From the IMG/VR virus record IMGVR_UViG_2778261088_000001: a stretch of 8,170 nucleotides of DNA. The stretch is one strand, 5' to 3'. Under the pieces are notes generated by a model. That model was not told the origin of the DNA and ran no database searches. It saw only the letters and a list, made by a program, of their open reading frames with translations. Made by a program: the position numbers and the translations under genes. Each line of letters begins with the position of its first letter. Within the stretch, counting starts at the first letter, position 1. Shown here in pieces: positions 7,411-8,170 of this stretch. This DNA is from a virus (lineage: Duplodnaviria > Heunggongvirae > Uroviricota > Caudoviricetes).

Positions 7411-7742
7411 AGTTTCTCATTTAATTTGTGAAGTAGATCTCTATTTTTATCTGAACCTTTTCTATCTAATCCTATTCATGGCTCTTGTCTGAACAAAAAT
7501 AAATCTATTAGCTAATTTATATTAATGGCACTTATTTATAAGTGCTCTATAATTCTTTAGCTTAATTTAAACAAACTAAAAATAACATCGGAAATTATTG
7601 GCTGGTTATTTGTTGAAGTTTTCTTATGTATTTGTGGTGGTATTTTGAACACTCGGTGGCATTCTCACAAATATCATTTAGTAGTTTACGTACGTAAAAA
7701 ATTGGTTATGCTGTTAAGAGTGGTTACTTCGTCACACAGCTT

Positions 7743-7777
7743 AAACCCGCCGTCGAGCGGGTTTTTCCATTTTTTGA
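7743..7777 (+). terminator. Intrinsic terminator on the plus strand, 130 bp upstream of the holin gene
   Basis: Stem AAACCCGC (7743-7750) / GCGGGTTT (7757-7764) with loop CGTCGA, followed by TTCCATTTTTTG. Confidence 0.55.
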
Positions 7778-7904
7778 GTCTCGATATTAGCTGATAACCC
7801 AATACCTGAGTTATTCACTGACTCCGAATCTGTTACGTTTCTGCCTTTATTGCGATACGTAGTATCCCCTTAATTTACACCCGCTTTGTCTGCGAGGTGG
7901 GGTT

Positions 7905-8120
7905 ATGAAATCCATGGATAAGTTAACAACGGGTGTCGCCTATGGTACCTCAGCAGGTAGTGCCGGGTACTGGTTTTTACAGTTGCTCGATAAAGTCACG
8001 CCCTCACAGTGGGCGGCAATAGGTGTGCTGGGAAGTCTAGTTCTGGGCTTTTTGACTTATCTGACAAATCTTTATTTCAAGATTAAAGAAGATAAGCGTA
8101 AGGCTGCACGGGGAGAGTAA
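7905..8120 (+). CDS. essD: Class II holin/pinholin, phage-21 S21-like (EssD-like), 71 aa with a dual-start motif
   Basis: 71-codon ORF; [31 protein letters not shown]... matches S21/EssD from memory; Met1-Lys2-Ser-Met4 dual start; RBS GAGGTGG upstream; charged C-terminal tail. Confidence 0.9.
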   Translation: MKSMDKLTTGVAYGTSAGSAGYWFLQLLDKVTPSQWAAIGVLGSLVLGFLTYLTNLYFKIKEDKRKAARGE

Positions 8121-8124
8121 TTCA

Positions 8125-8170
8125 ATGACTCAAAACTATGAACTGATTGTGAAAGGGATCCGCAATTTTG
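8125..8170 (+). CDS. 5' end of the gene following the holin (presumed lysis gene; identity not determinable)
   Basis: ATG at 8125 preceded by GGGAGAG with 7-nt spacing; frame open to the window end (MTQNYELIVKGIRNF...). Only 15 codons are present; they do not resemble the R21 or RrrD N-termini I remember. Confidence 0.3.
   Translation, partial: MTQNYELIVKGIRNF

Noticed and set aside
8156-8161. GGATCC (BamHI) site near the window end and CTCGAG (XhoI) at 4033-4038 as hints of a cloning vector
   Set aside because: Single 6-bp sites are expected by chance; the XhoI site is at the native lambda position and no polylinker, antibiotic marker or vector backbone is present.
1-8170. CRISPR arrays, tRNA or rRNA genes, IS elements or att core repeats
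   Set aside because: I found no regularly spaced direct repeats, no cloverleaf-compatible GC-rich segments, and no terminal inverted repeats flanking a transposase-like ORF.

Overview
The window reads as a mosaic lambdoid prophage segment. Positions 1 to about 4900 are a phage-lambda-type early-left (pL operon) block, all on the minus strand: ea8.5 (partial), ea22, orf73 (TraR/DksA-like), an orf61-region ORF, orf63, orf60a, exo, bet, gam, kil, cIII, ea10, a frameshifted ral and orf28. At about 4900-4990 this block abuts the 3' end of a ybcO-like ORF, followed on the plus strand by a DLP12-type nin/late block: rusA, ylcG, a Q-family antiterminator (quuD-like), an apparently intact NmpC/Lc-type porin gene on the minus strand, an S21-type pinholin (essD-like) and the first codons of the next gene. 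The immunity and replication modules expected between ral and the nin region (sieB, N, pL, rex, cI, cro, cII, O, P) are absent, so this looks like a deletion-bearing defective prophage. Gene identities rest on my recollection of the lambda and E. coli K-12 DLP12 proteins plus gene order, lengths, overlaps and RBS context; no alignment was run. I see no CRISPR array, tRNA, rRNA or IS element, and no convincing undescribed defence system. The points most worth a second look are the deletion junction, the disrupted ral and orf61 frames, the intact porin with an OmpR-box-like upstream motif, and an orphan plus-strand terminator upstream of the holin.
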